From positions 14,644,295 to 14,708,294 of the forward strand of contig NC_068990.1 in NCBI RefSeq assembly GCF_001194135.2: a DNA stretch of 64,000 nt, given 5' to 3'. Below, piece by piece: positions 25,101 to 39,185 of the stretch. The position numbers and the translations under genes are program-made. The notes under the pieces are model-generated. The model saw only the letters and a program-made list of their open reading frames with translations, had not been told where the DNA came from and did no database searches. Every line of letters starts with the position of its first letter. Positions within the stretch are counted from its first letter, which is position 1. The stretch is from Octopus bimaculoides. Its lineage: Eukaryota.

Positions 25101-28100
25101 CAAGTGAGAGGTAAAAAAAAAAACAAATTGTTTATAACAATAACATAGAATCGCAACAGAAAATTCAAAACTTGAGACATCTGTTATAAATTGAGTATCA
25201 CATTTCACCAACGTTATCCAAGCGGTACGGCACACCATATAACTGTTGCTCGTCATCACTGAAAAAACTGCTAACCGCATGCAAAATGCATTCAACGCCA
25301 CAACAAAATTAGCATAACAAGGGTATCGAATTCCCATTGGGTGGAATTCTGGTTTAAGCACCCCATATAACCCTTCGTAACTTTTTTTAATTTTTGGAAT
25401 TTTCGGGAAATTTTTGCAAATTTGTTCTACACAGAGGAATTCATATGAGTATGAAAAAAAATTTTTAGTTCGTATGATTTAAGCACAATTTAGCTGAGAT
25501 ACTGACTAAATGTTAACATTAATAATACGGAATGTCTTCTTTAAGCAGCAATTTCGACCCAGTACTTGACTAGTACTTTATTTTCTCGTTTTGGTATTAA
25601 AATATAGCAAACAATTCCAGGTTTCATATTTTGGCGTTACGATTAATCGCATATACACACACTTATACATATATACATAATACTTTCAGCTGTCTATTAT
25701 ATGTCACCGTAGCATCACCGTACACAAATAGATAAGGAAAACTAAATGCTATCCACACGATGTCGGTTTATCAGCTGGAATCGTTAAAATACTGTTGACA
25801 TGATAACCAGGATTGATTCCACGCTGATAAACACGATAACTTACAAGAAGACGAGAAGGCCTTACATGGTCGTTTGATTCGCTAGAAATAGCAGCCAAAT
25901 ACTCCACAAATCACACACTAGCGTTTTTAAAATAGATTTAAGACAGCACTCTAGGTAGACTATGCACGTACAATAAAGAAAAGGTGGTATGCATAGCTGG
26001 AGAAGCTTTTGATCATAGATTAGTTCAATCAAGACCCATCTAGGATTAGACAACACATAAAAATGAGACATAACAGTAAACACGATAACTCAAAATATAC
26101 TTTGATGAAATAAAACCTATTCAATGAAACTAAAACTTTTCCTTTAGAAATTTTAGAATGTTCTATCCAACATGCCTGGTTAGCAAGCTATAAATCATAC
26201 GCATTAAGCATGATTTTTACATAGGGTTAAAGTCTGAAGAAGAAAGAAAAAGCAATGAGAAGTTGGGACAAAAGAAGTAAAGGATTTATACATTTTGCTA
26301 AGACTGAAATCTAGTGGCAAATAGAATATATTTATATATAGTAAAAGTTCGTAACTATACACAAGCCGTATTAGCAACATCATGGGTCTCTGGACAAATC
26401 AACACACTGGGTCCCTAAATTTGTGAGGCCGTTTGTGTACATGCCTTACAACAACACACACTATACAAAAATTGTTTTCTCATTATGAACACTAAACAGA
26501 AAATATGTAGGCAAGATATTAAATGGTTTGTAAATATATGGGTAATCATATATTTGTTATAAAATGGTAATACACCCCAATAACCACAGAGAGGAAATAT
26601 ACACACATTCATTCATGCATGCACATTAAGAAATACTTAGTTACTGACGTATAACAGAAAATCATATTTCGAAGACAGGAATAAAAACAGTTCATGGTTT
26701 AACTTCATAAAAAAAACTAATTACGTTGTTTAAAAATTAAAAGAATACAATTAAATCCAGATATGAAATCACGTTTAAGTGTGCAAGATACATATTAGAA
26801 ATTAACAACACTAATATAATAAGTGAAATCCAGGTATGTTCTCTGTTGTACTTGGTGTGATTAGTGAAAATGTTACTCTAACCCATGTCCCGTTCAATGC
26901 CAGTGGAACCCCACTCCCGGTTTTTTTAAGTGACTTGCAATGCAACAGTTAAAAGACAATTTTGTATGCACACAATTATAAATTAAACTAAACCATGTTA
27001 TCAATTGCTTTTACATTCAATGCAAAGAAGTATTGTGAGAAACTTAACAGCTTGCATATTGTGAATGTGGAACCCTTGAGTTTTTTTAACATATAACAGT
27101 TTGACTTAGCTCCATAGTGTTGGAGTGCCATCTTCTTTCGTTTTCAACTCGTGTGTGTATACATATATATATATACACACATATATATTTGCACGAAGCG
27201 TAATGATGCTCAATAAGCATCTACCTGCTAGAAATAAGAGCTAAGTCTTAAATTAATCCACCGTAACGCACCAATATAACAGAGGGAAACAGAAAGCACT
27301 AAAACATTTAACAGCACAAATAAAAATATTATGCAGGTGTGTTTACGTCCCCGTAACTTAGCGGTTCGGTAAAAGAGACCGATAGAATAAGCACTTGGCA
27401 TCCAAAGAATAAGTCCTGGGATCGATTTACTCGACTAAAGGCGGTGCTCCAGCATGGCCACAGTCAAATGACTGAAACGAGGAAAAGAGTATATATATAN
27501 NNNNNNNNNNNNNNNNNNNNNNNNNNNNNNNNNNNNNNNNNNNNNNNNNNNNNNNNNNNNNNNNNNNNNNNNNNNNNNNNNNNNNNNNNNNNNNNNNNNN
27601 NNNNTATATATGTATGTATGTATGTATAAAATGACACAATGACAAAACAACATATGATATCTTCTGGACATATATAAATTTAGTTTCTAAAGTATTCAAC
27701 GCATAAATACATATATATACCTGTAAATTTGTGCAGCAAGTTGAGTTAATCTGGTAAAATAAGCCATTAGAGACAAACGGATGTTATTTGAATTTCGCTC
27801 CGTTCCGGCATGCATTATAAACAGGAAGTTGTGTCATAATATTTCTCCCACCTTCCTCTCTCTTTCTGTTATAGCACCCTTCCACCACTTTTTCTTACTA
27901 TTTAATACAAACAGTTTTGAGTGTCTTATCGCTTATTCATTCATTGACCGCGCGTATTGAGCTGTTTGACCCATAATTGTTTCTGTATTAAGTAGCACTC
28001 GGGAAAGAGTTAGTCCATCTCACCGACTTCATTACTTGACTGTTATATTACCACGCCGAGCGAATTCTGACGATGTTGGCTTTGCCTTTCATCCTTTCGG

Positions 28101-28184
28101 GGTTCGATGAAATAATTTACCCGTTGAGTATTGGAGTCGATGTAATCGACTAGCCCCCTCCCCCACAAAATTTCTAGTCTTATA

Positions 28185-28620
28185 CTCTTTGCTCTTTTAC
28201 TTGTTTCAGTCATTTTGACTGTGGCCATGCTGGAGCACGGCCTTTTTTAGTCGAGCAAATCGACCCCAGGACTTATTCTTTGGAAGCCTAATACTTATTC
28301 TATCGGTCTCTTTTGCCGAACCGCTATGTTACGGGGACGTAAACACACCAGCATCGGTTGTCAAGCGATGTTGGGGGTCAAACACCGACACAAGCATATA
28401 CACACACAGATACAAGCATATACACACACATACATATATATACATATACATATATACGACGGGCTTCTTTCAGTTTCCGTCTACCAAATCCACTCACAAG
28501 GCTTTGGCCGGCCCGAGGCTATAGTAGAAGACACTTGCCCAAGGTGCCACGCAGTGGGAATGAACACGGAACCATGTGGTTGGTAAGCAAGCTACTTACC
28601 ACACAGCCACTCCTGCGCCT
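28185..28620 (-). mobile_element. SINE family A, full-length, little-decayed copy
   Basis: Reverse complement of the 11065 copy with CpGs largely intact. Confidence 0.88.
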
Positions 28621-31499
28621 TATGCTTACATTCTGAGTTCAAATTCTGCCGAGGTCGACTTTGCCTTTCACCATTTCGGGGTCGATAAAATAAGTACCAG
28701 TTGAAACCTGGGGTCAATATAATCGACTTACTTCCTTCCCTGAAATTGCTGGCCTTGTGCCAAAATATGAAATTAGTGTTAGGACTGTGAACTGGCAGAA
28801 CTGTTAGCTCATCGGACAAAATGCTTAGCGACATTTCGTCCGTCTTTACGGTATGAGTTCAAATTTCGCTGAGGTCTCTTTTGCCTTTCATCCTTTCAGA
28901 GTCGATAAAATTTAGTAGCAGTTGAGTACTGGGGCTGGATGTAATCGACTTCCCCTCAAAATTGATGACCTCGTGCCAAAATTAGAAAGAATTGTTTGGC
29001 GGACTTTTGGAACGGCTACTGCTATCCAACGAAGAAGGGAAGAAGCAAGGAATTGGGGAGTCAAAATATGAGAATGGAATTTTTTGGAATAAATTTTCAC
29101 ATTCGTAATTCCAATTGCATACTAAAAAAAAAAATTAAGCAAACAACCAGCCAATTCTTTACTCTTTTCTTTCTTTACGAAGTAGTGATAGCTATTCCGA
29201 AAGTTCGCCCTTTATTTTATTGATCGCGGAGGGATGAAAGAGAATTTGACCTCGGCGCTATTTAAACTCAAGGTATTCCGTCTATGATCAGTATTTCCTC
29301 TAAGCCGTTGCGTTTGTGCGCGCACATTTTACATTAAAGAAAGGAAAAATTGTGCACATATAAGTTGAAATTTGATATATTTTTTCTTCTTTTAATTGAA
29401 GAAACTCGAGCATGGATGCGTACATACTTTGCAGAAAAAGACTAAATTTGCACACGAGCAATACTCTACGCACACCCACAGCAAAAAAACAGAGGGGACC
29501 GTCGCTCATGACTATTATGCAGTGTTTTGTTGGCACACCTATACAAATGTGCCCTCCCAACAATTTTGTTTCCACATAATGTTCAGAAAAATTAATGTCT
29601 TCATGGAACTTTCTACAAATACTTCTCAAATGTAGATTACAGTTATATCGGAATTAACGTTTAAAAAACTGGTGGGCACGCACACATACATACATCAAAA
29701 TCTTTTTTTAAATTATTTCAAGTTTTGGTGCTGTGTGTTGGTGTGTATGTGTGCGCACCCACTAATTTCTTTTTTCTTTTATTTTTCACATCAAATTCCG
29801 ATGTAATCCAAGACGTATTTATAGAAAATTTAATTTTAAAATAACCCAGAAAGTCGGTGTGAGGGTAAACTTGTTAGGTGCGCCGTTTTGTTTTGGGGTA
29901 TTTTTTAGGATCACATTACCTACCCAGTGTCTCTTTACATTTCTTTAATTCAGAAAGTGGGGCGTGATTTAAGGTGTTATTTTGACTGCTATTTTTAGCA
30001 GGTTGAGCTATTACATAACGGATCCCTCGCGTTTTTTTTTTGTTTTTTGTTTATACTTTAATGTTCAACTTCCACGAAGTGAGCGTGTCCCAAAACTTTA
30101 TTGGGATATTCTGTGTTCACTTCTATGACTAAGATAATGTTATTGAGAAAAAAGATCAGAATGAATGCCAGGCAATCTTAACCTTCTACGTATGAATCTC
30201 ATGCCTTGCTGCTAAGTTTAAAGAAAATTATACAAAACCCACTCTATTTATAGCAACTTGTATTGTACATTTTACACGAGCCAACCATAGAGCCTCTACG
30301 CGGTCGTGCAACCTGTTAGAAATAACAGCCAAATATCTCTTTTTGGTTGTATATCTGACATTCATATACCGTAGATTCATAAAATAGTTTGTTTATTAAA
30401 TATATATGTTCGTTAATTTTGATTCCTAATATTATCACAAAATATATATGTTCATTAATTTTGATTCTTAATATTGTCACAAAATTTGTGGGAGCGTACA
30501 AGTGATTAGATAGGTGTTTAACTTATAAACTCCAGAGGAATATAATGTAAAATAGAGCCCAGGATTTAAAGTAACATATGAAGAAACATAACATCGGGTA
30601 TTTAATTTGAGGTTCAACAATTTTTGTTATCTAACTACGTAATTAAATGTTACGGTCCGTCTAGCAATTATGCTAATTATGAACCAAAAAATAAAATTTA
30701 TATTTTCGGCTTCTGCAATACTTATTCAATATCTCCTATAAGAATGGTTTTCATATTTAACACTGAAAGTATTTGATTCTTGCTTTGTAGAGAGATATTT
30801 GATGAAACATGCGAAAAAATTAGGAAAATGTGAAGAACTGACGTTTGTAAAGTGTTATTGAGGGTCCTCCACCGCTTCTCGCAGTTTAAGAGCTTTTTTT
30901 TTCCAAAGCGGTGGAGTAAAATCGCTTTTCTTTTTAATGGTAATAAATTTTAGCCAACGCTTTTTGAATTTAAAGGGTTACAGCTGAATCAGTTTGTTCT
31001 AGGTTGTTGATTGTAATCTGTCACTGTTTCTAGACCTAACGACTTTTTCAGACACATGTATATCTCCGGCTGACAATTTTTGGTACGATTTTGAATACCT
31101 ACCTAGTTGTGAGTAACTGCCTTGAGAGACGAAGAAAAACAAGGGAGTAAATTTGATAATCCAGAATAGAGCTACGATGGAAGTCTAGTCTTCGCTCGTT
31201 AATCTCTAAGCAAATCTTGTAGCCAATTTGGCTACAAGTACCATTTTATTGTTCAGCACTTCTTTGCACATCAACAATGTTGAGAAGGACCATGACCGAA
31301 ATGCCTACGTCTGGGCCACTCGGAATCTCTCTGCATTCGGCCCACTCGTTCGTAGGAGAGGTCACTTTTGTACATTGTGAAAAGCCAAGCAACAGCACAT
31401 CATCATCAACCTTTGGACATTCCTAAGACTCATAGCCTGTTTTCCATTACGTCTAAGTAACCTAGATCTCAACATAACCCCTGAAGAGGAAACCAGTCT

Positions 31500-31700
31500 G
31501 TTGCAGCATTACTCATGTAGTAACGCCGTGCGCATGCGTGGAATTAAACAGCCAAGCGTTCCCGCTTAATTCTATCTCTTTTACGGTCGGCCGACCATGA
31601 GCATGGACGTGTTTTGCTGTCTCTCACCATCTTTCGGACTTACACTCGACAGCTCGCTTGCAACTACATACCCACGTCCCAACAACTATGCTCATACACA
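31500..31700. promoter_or_regulatory. CpG-rich promoter-like segment
   Basis: NRF1-type TGCGCATGCG at 31529-31538, local CpG enrichment, minus-strand donor GAGT|gtaagt near 31640, ACTACA..CCCA-like motif near 31665. Confidence 0.45.
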
Positions 31701-32238
31701 CAGAAGCTGTGACAACAAGAACTAAAGATGTATATATTTACCACCTAAATAAAGTGTTGTTTAAGTTGATAGTCTGGAGTTCAGCGTTCCGTTATATATT
31801 CATTAATTTTATATAGGAAAGTCAGGTATACATCTAATGATGTATAACCAACTTTCCTATACTCATTTACCGCCGAATTGACGTGAAATGAAATGTCTTG
31901 CACAAGAAGGCAACGTACCGCCCGGTCCGGGAATCGAAACCACGGTTTTGCGATCGTGAGCGCAACACCCTAACCACTGGGCCACGCGCGTACACAATTG
32001 TCTGCTTTGCTGCCACTCAAATTGTGACCATTACCCATTACCCTCTTGAGATCGACGTATGTCAAAAGAAAGAAGAAAAAGGGAAGTTTGTTTTATTTAA
32101 AAGGTAGTTTTCGTTTATTATTACCGTCTGCATTTACCACACCAAACTAAAGTGACCTGGCTCTAAATAACAACAGTAATATTTATGAATAAGTCTGGGC
32201 CGCTATTAATGAACTATCTTCTCAGTAATATTGTGCTT

Positions 32239-32438
32239 GGCCACCCGTAAACCTCAAAACCTCACACAAACAGGAGGAAGAAAATACGATTTTGTTTTAA
32301 ACTTCTGTATGCTCACTTATCTCATAGGATATTAATTCGGCCACCCGTAAACCTCAAAACCTCACACAAACAGGAGGAAGAAAATAAGATTTTGTTTTAA
32401 ACTTCTGTATGCTCACTTATCTCATAGGATATTAATTC
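32239..32438 (+). repeat. Tandem duplication, 2 x 100 bp
   Basis: 32239-32338 vs 32339-32438, one mismatch seen. Confidence 0.92.
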
Positions 32439-33744
32439 ACAACATTATCTCTTGAATAAAAAGAAGTGGAGAACTTTTTTGTTTATCTTGCCCCCAATAA
32501 TTAAATTTTATCTTCTTTAACTTCCTCCCACCGTTATTATTATAACAGGGTGTAACTTATTTCTTACCACTCGACAAATTTTACACTTGTTTTGTGATAA
32601 TGATGAAAGTGTGTGACCTAGTGGTCAGAGTGATCTTTCATAGCAATAACTTACCAAATATTGGTAAAACTGCATATCAAAGGTAGGATTTCCTTGTACT
32701 TCGAGTCTAAAACATTCTTTGATTCTGATCAATTATCCACTAAAAAGCAAAATTTCGTCCTTCATTAAAGTACTACTTATGTATTTGGGAAGCCCTTGTT
32801 ACTCTATAACATCCTGAAATGTGTCCAGACAATCTTGATAGTCAAAGATTCATACATCAGCTAATAACAGTAAGTTTCAATGAAACTGTTTCTTCCTGCC
32901 ATTTTGTTTTATTTATATTATATGACATGAAACCAGGATTACAATAAATTACCTCTAATAACGGATTGTAATACCCCCTCACACACACATACATAATATT
33001 ATTATTACTATATATTACTATATATACCGCCGAAGTCGACTTAGCCTTTCATCTTATCGTCGTCTATAAAATAAGTACCAGCTGAGCAAAGGGTCAATGT
33101 TATCGACTAGTCCCCTACACCAGACTTGATGGCCTTATGGCAAAATTTGAAACCATTATTATTATTATTGAGTGAGAAAGCAATGCATGTCATCAAAGTG
33201 GCACTGGGGTAGAAATATACGAAGCCCAATATACCCATCATGGCTACCCGTCTGATAAGGGTACACCAGGCACATGCATCACAACTACATATGCGTGACA
33301 TGGTAATCTCATCTCAAGATAAACACCGCATTACCTTGCAGGTGAAGCCCACTTGGACTTTTCTTCAGGTGAAGTAGCCCATCACGTTCAAAAAATCCTT
33401 GGATTAGGTTTGTTTAAGAACAATAAACGAAACACCTGGTGAATTATTCAAACCCCAAAGAATCCCTCTCAACAAATGGCTGCATCATGATCAGAGTTGC
33501 ACACATCGTCAGCCACTGGGAGACATATTCAAGTGGTTAAGGTCAAACAACTGACAAGCAAATCTGTGGTACTGAGCAGAATATTTGCTGTAGTCCATCA
33601 AAGACAAAGCATATACATAACACTTCCAATCAGTTAAGATCTCAAAAGCCATAGCAACACACACTTACACACATGCGTTCTTTGTTTTGTCCTATACTGT
33701 ACATAATGTTTTTCTTAATATAAACTTTAATGTTTAATAAAGAA

Positions 33745-34170
33745 ATCATTATTGTTATTATTATTTTTATTATGAAAGCCTCTTGGATAGTTCTTAATTA
33801 CCGGTTATTCTTTCCTTGAAAGCAGGCAACAACAAATCACCAAAGATTTCAAGTAGTGCTTTCTCCTGTGACTCAAAGAGATAATTTTCTCCTTAGAATG
33901 TGAGCTGTACCCAACAATGCTATCTTCTGGATCACCTTGAGCCTGACAGCAACTCCAATCTTCTTGATATGTTTTTCAAAGCCCTTGGAACTGCTCCTAA
34001 TGCTCCAGTTATTACTGGTATCACCATCACTTTCCTATCTCATTCCACAGTGGCTGGTATTTCTCAATCTTTTTTGTTTCCTTACATTCCATCCTCAAAT
34101 CACCTGGTATTGCAACATCTATTATCTTTACTTCTTTTTCATTTCTATGGATCATTATTATTATTATTAT
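33745..34170 (-). mobile_element. 5'-truncated R4/Dong-type (restriction-like endonuclease) non-LTR retrotransposon
   Basis: Minus strand KEVKIIDVAIPGD...KIEKYQ / VIPVITGALGAVP / IQKIALLGTAHILRRKLSL* with two frameshifts; (TAA)n-like arrays at both ends. Confidence 0.85.
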
Positions 34171-34199
34171 TCTGCATTTTCCTATTTCACACATTAATT

Positions 34200-34845
34200 T
34201 TTGAAAAAAAAAATGTCTTTGAAGAGAGCAGCAAGCTGTTCTCTTCTTTCTACATCACACCCTCCGAAAAAGAACGACATGTCAAGTCGCACACAATCCC
34301 GCCCATCTCACGCCATAAAAAGGCAAAGAGAGAAATGTTGAGGAACGTTCTGCCACTTGCAGCACTCCTGATTCCAATATTTTCAACCGACTTTCGGATC
34401 TGCACTTCCCAGCTCTTACCTCCAACCATTGCTCCTACACCGGAGAAGGAGGAAGAGAAAAACACAACAATGAAGAACAAAGAAGACAACACCACCAAGA
34501 CCAGTAGCCATTGTAACGGTTTCACTTCCGCAGCTAAGCAGAGCTCGGAAGAAATCCAAGTTACAATGGCAGAAACAAAGGATGCAAAGGAGTTGTTAAG
34601 GAAAGATGGAAATAATGTTTTCCTTAACACTCCACAAGCATTAATCCACGACACCAACAAACGTACAATCATTTACAAGATATATAACACAAAGTACCAT
34701 AAAATGGAAAATGCTACTCCACAGACGTTGGAGATAGCACTCAAGCTCATATGGGGCCCGAAAAGTTTCATGACCAAAGGGAAGTGCTATGGAATGGTGA
34801 AAGTGCGCTTCCCACGGAAGAGGATGCCATCCAGGCTAGCAGGTT
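34200..34845 (+). mobile_element. Possible LINE 5'UTR/ORF1 fragment
   Basis: A/C-rich open frame (MAETKDAKELLRK...IIYKIYNTKY...GMVKVRFP) ending abruptly at an RTE tail; no splice context. Family not recognised. Confidence 0.4.
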
Positions 34846-34859
34846 GTTTAGTTTCATTT

Positions 34860-35110
34860 TTAATGTTTTAAAAGAAAATACACCATTTTGAGCGTGGCCG
34901 TTGCCAGTACCGCCTGACTGGCCTTCGTGCGGGTGACACGTAAAAGCACCCACTACACTCTCTGAGTGGTTGGCGTTAGGAAGGGCATCCAGCTGTAGAA
35001 ACACTGCCAAATCAGATTGGAGCCTGGTGTAGCCATCTGGTTTCACCAGTCCTCAGTCAATCGTCCAACCCATGCTAGCATGGAAAGCGGACGTTAAACA
35101 ATGATGATGT
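34860..35110 (+). mobile_element. RTE 3'UTR fragment (representative of many copies)
   Basis: Same tail as 9870-10539. Other copies at ~6940-7130, 7230-7960, 16700-16870, 18485-18665, 19329-19538, 23165-23322, 24596-24900, 41975-42239, 42958-43160 and 49015-49140. Confidence 0.85.
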
Positions 35111-35659
35111 TCAAAGATCACATGTAACTACTTAAATCAGCAAAAAATAACTGTTACAGTTCTGGAGAATCCAAAATCTTTAAACAGTTACATCCTATAT
35201 GCATCCCTTTTCAATAAAAAATACATAGTCTCTATCAAGATACGATACGTGAACCAGTAAGAATACGATTTACATTCTCTTGATGAAATCTTTGATTGTA
35301 TTGCCTGGTTCTTGAAGCATAATATTTTGAACATTTATTGAAAATGTTATAAACCAAGAAGTCTTGTGCAATGTCTCAAACATTAAAGACCAACATTTTA
35401 TTTAACAGACAGGAAAAAAATTTCATAGTCTTTTTCAAAGTAGTCTTATTCAAAATGTATGAACAAAGATGGTATACATACATGCATGCATACATACATA
35501 CAATGGGATTCTTTCAGTTTCCATCTATCAAATCTACTCACAAGACTTTGGTCAGAGGGCTATAGTAGAAAACACTTAGTGAAGGTGCTATGCTGTGAGA
35601 TTGAACCCAAGACTACATGGTTGGGAAGCAAGATTCTTAACCACACAACATATGAATAT

Positions 35660-35673
35660 ACATACATGTGTAT

Positions 35674-35729
<56 letters not shown>

Positions 35730-35754
35730 ATTCATATACATTTGTATATTCCTA

Positions 35755-35800
<46 letters not shown>

Positions 35801-35814
35801 CACACATACATACA

Positions 35815-35845
<31 letters not shown>
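35660..35845. repeat. Compound microsatellite (TA)n/(TC)n/(TACA)n
   Basis: Direct reading. Similar arrays at 22117-22190, 45465-45545, 46085-46230, 51560-51625 and 63885-64000. Confidence 0.95.
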
Positions 35846-37195
35846 TGTTTATAAATATAAATATATGTATGTGTATATATTATCGAGTAGTATATTCCTG
35901 GTTATGGCATATAACTGGTCAGAAGGCTACTGTTGGATTCGTTTGGCAATAGATAACCCATCAGGCATACTGGCTGGGAACCCATAGCCTCTTGAATTCG
36001 TACACACACACACACACATTATCCACACTATCATTCCTTTTTAACAATGTGAGCTAAAGGAGGTATAGCTGCTATTTCTAGCATACCAATGAACCACGTT
36101 GCCTCATTTAACAGCTTAGCTATTGTAAGTGAAGGGATTACATGCACACAACCAAAAGCTGTATGAAGATATAGGACTTGCTGACAGAGCCAAGGGTAGT
36201 AAACAATTGAGGTTCCCATGAAGCGAAGTCATGCCATTGTCAGGTGTTTTACGATATGTAGTTGATAGTTTCTATTACCCAGGTGACCTAATTACTGCTA
36301 CAGACTGATTGAAGCAAAAGCTAAGGAGCTCAGGGTAAGGCAGGGGCATGTAGAAATTCTGATAGTTATTGCTTATGTTCGTAACAATGGTAGGACAGTC
36401 TGAACAAAGAGCAGGAAGTTATTATGTGGCTGAGGCTTTGATCTTGTTGCATGTTAATCTACACAAAGTTGCCCGGGTGAATTTCGTAAAAGGTAGCACA
36501 AAATGTTTGAAAAGTACTAGATTTGCGTTAAAAAGTTGCCCAAATTATACATTTTACTTGAAATTCAATACACACGTGCACACACATACACACTCACCCA
36601 CTCACTCACACACATATATACATAGAAGATAGATACATACATACATAGATGGACAGAGAGTCAGACAAGAACACACACAGACACACGCACATATATATAT
36701 ATATATATATATATAGTTCAAATTTATTTAAAAAAACAAAAGACAAAGACAGGTGTAGGAACAAAAAGCAGGTGTGTTAGTTTAACACACAGGGAAAAAT
36801 GGAAAATATATATATATACGCATACGTACATATAAACCATCATCATCATTGTTGTTGTTTAATATCCATTTTCACCGCTAGCATGGTTTGGACAGTTTGA
36901 CAGTAGTTTGCCAGTCGGGGAGCTGTCCAGACTCCAGCCACTTCTGTGCATACATATATACACATATATATATGTATATTGTGTGTCCTTTTGTTTGTCC
37001 CACTTTATTGTTTGACAATTGGTGTTGGTTTTATTTACATCCCTGTGAATTAGCAGTTCAGCAAATGTGACCAATAGAATGAGTACTAGGCTTTAAAAAA
37101 TGTAAGTGCTGGGGCTGATTTATTTAACTAAAGCTCTTCAAGGCGATGCCCCAGTCCAGTGACTGAATCAAATAAAAATAAACGGTTAAATGCAG

Positions 37196-37737
37196 GGATC
37201 TATTTTAAAACGGGGGCCACATTTTTCATTAATGTTTTACGTAGTGTTTTTGGTACGGAAAGACTTTCAAACTTCGTATACTTATCTATTTTGTGTTATA
37301 GAACAGAAAAATATTTTTGTATTCGAATTTATTTCATGTAAAAAATTGTCTTATTTCGATAATTTCAACCAATCACTGACAAGTATTCAGTTGTTTATAT
37401 TTACTCCTTTGACTGATTAAGCGATGTAAAGCGTATTTAATCTCCATACCTTCGTTTTATTTGCTTTAACCCTAACCCTAACCTTAGGGTTAGGGTTAAT
37501 TGTTTCAGAATCGTTTGTTTATGTAGTCGGCACTTAATGTATATCGGCTGAATGGACGTCAGTGATTGGTTGAAATTACAGAAATACGACAACTTTAACA
37601 TGGAATAATTTATGGATTTCTTTTTTTTTTAAGAAGACTAAGAGAAAAAGATGTTTTATATGACACATTCTACCAGTGTTCCAAGTTTCAAAGTGTTTCA
37701 TTAATGAAAAATGTGGCCCCCGTTTTAAAAAAGATCC
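37196..37737. mobile_element. Same transposon family, copy 2, opposite orientation
   Basis: Same TIRs; TSD AAATGCAG at 37188-37195 and 37738-37745; internal sequence nearly identical to copy 1 apart from one segment. Confidence 0.88.
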
Positions 37738-39098
37738 AAATGCAGACATAAAAAACACGATATATAGACACATTCACAAGGCACATACAGAAATATAATG
37801 TTCACATTGGAAAAAAGGCAAAATGAATACAATAACAGACACCTAGACTTACATAGAAACTCAAGGCTTTCACGTTATCATCATCTTCATCATCGTTGTT
37901 ATTGTCATCATCATCCGGAACATCTTTGTCTCTGCTTTTTTCATGCTACTAAGAATTGGTTGAAGATTCTTCAGGTAGTATTTTGTAGCTGGATGCTCTT
38001 CATTTATTCCAGACCTTACATGTTTTCGAATAAGACCCTTTATATGGCATCTTTTGTAATTTGACTCTGACAAATTGAAATGTAGTAACCTCATGAAGAA
38101 ACAAATTGTGCAACCTTGGTAAGGCTGGAGACTACGAATTGAACATGCATCGCTTCTTACCAGCATACAAAACCATGGTATGGCTGTGTGATAAGAAGTT
38201 TTCTTCTTCCTAACCACATGGTTCTGGGTTCAGTCCCACTACATGACACCTTGGTCACATCTTCTACTATAACCTTGGGCTGACTAAAGCCTTATGAGTG
38301 GATTTTGGTACATGAAAACTGAAAGAAATGTGATAAGAGTATTGTAGTTTGCTTGAAGCATTGTAATATCGAGAAAAATGTAAAAAGAGAGAAAATAGAC
38401 AGCTTTGGACAATGCAGAAAGTTTAATAAAACCTTTATATTTCGGAATCAGATGCCTCTGTGTTTGTCCTAGACCACCACTTGCCAACTGATATAGGTAT
38501 GTTTACATCCCTGTGACTCAGTGGTTTGGCAAAAAGAAACTGATAGAATAAGTATCAGTTTCAAGAAAAAAGGAACTGAGGTTGATTCATTCAACTAAAA
38601 GTTCTTCAAGGTGGTGCTCCAGCATGGCCACAGACTAATGACTGAAACAAAAAATAATATATCCATATATTGGTTGAAGGTTCTTCAGGTAGTATTTTGT
38701 AGCCGGATGCTTTTCATTATTCCAAACCTTACCTGTTTTCAAATAAGACCCTTTATACTGCAAGGAGTGGCTGTGTGGTAAGAAGCTTGCTTCCCAACCA
38801 CATGGTACCGGGTTCAGTCCCACTACATGGCACCTTCTGCAAGTTCCTTCTACTATAGCCTCGGGCCGACCAAAGCCTTGTGAGTGGATTTGGCAGACGG
38901 AAACTGAAAGAAGACCGTCGTATATATTTGTGTGTTTGCTTCCCCCTCCCCCACCATCGTTTGACAGCCGATGTTGGTGTGTTTATGTCCCCGTAATTTA
39001 GTAGTTCAGCAAAAGAGACTGATAGAATAAATACTAGACTTACAAAGAATGGCTGAAACAAGTAAAAGAATAAAGGAAAATAATCTATTTATATATTT

Positions 39099-39143
<45 letters not shown>

Positions 39144-39185
39144 CTCTTTTACTCTTTTACTTGTTTCAGTCTTTTGACTGTGGCC

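Noticed and set aside
33900-34871. 323-aa ORF as a cellular gene
   Set aside because: Chimeric: antisense of the Dong-like fragment, a microsatellite, a LINE ORF1-like piece and an RTE junction.
35595-35987. ORFs rich in Y/I/H/T/V/C (also 45581-46343 and others)
   Set aside because: Translations of (TA)n, (CA)n and (TACA)n microsatellites.
36313-36345. Plus-strand exon-like LIEAKAKELR with gtaagg donor
   Set aside because: Isolated, weak polypyrimidine tract, no partner exons.
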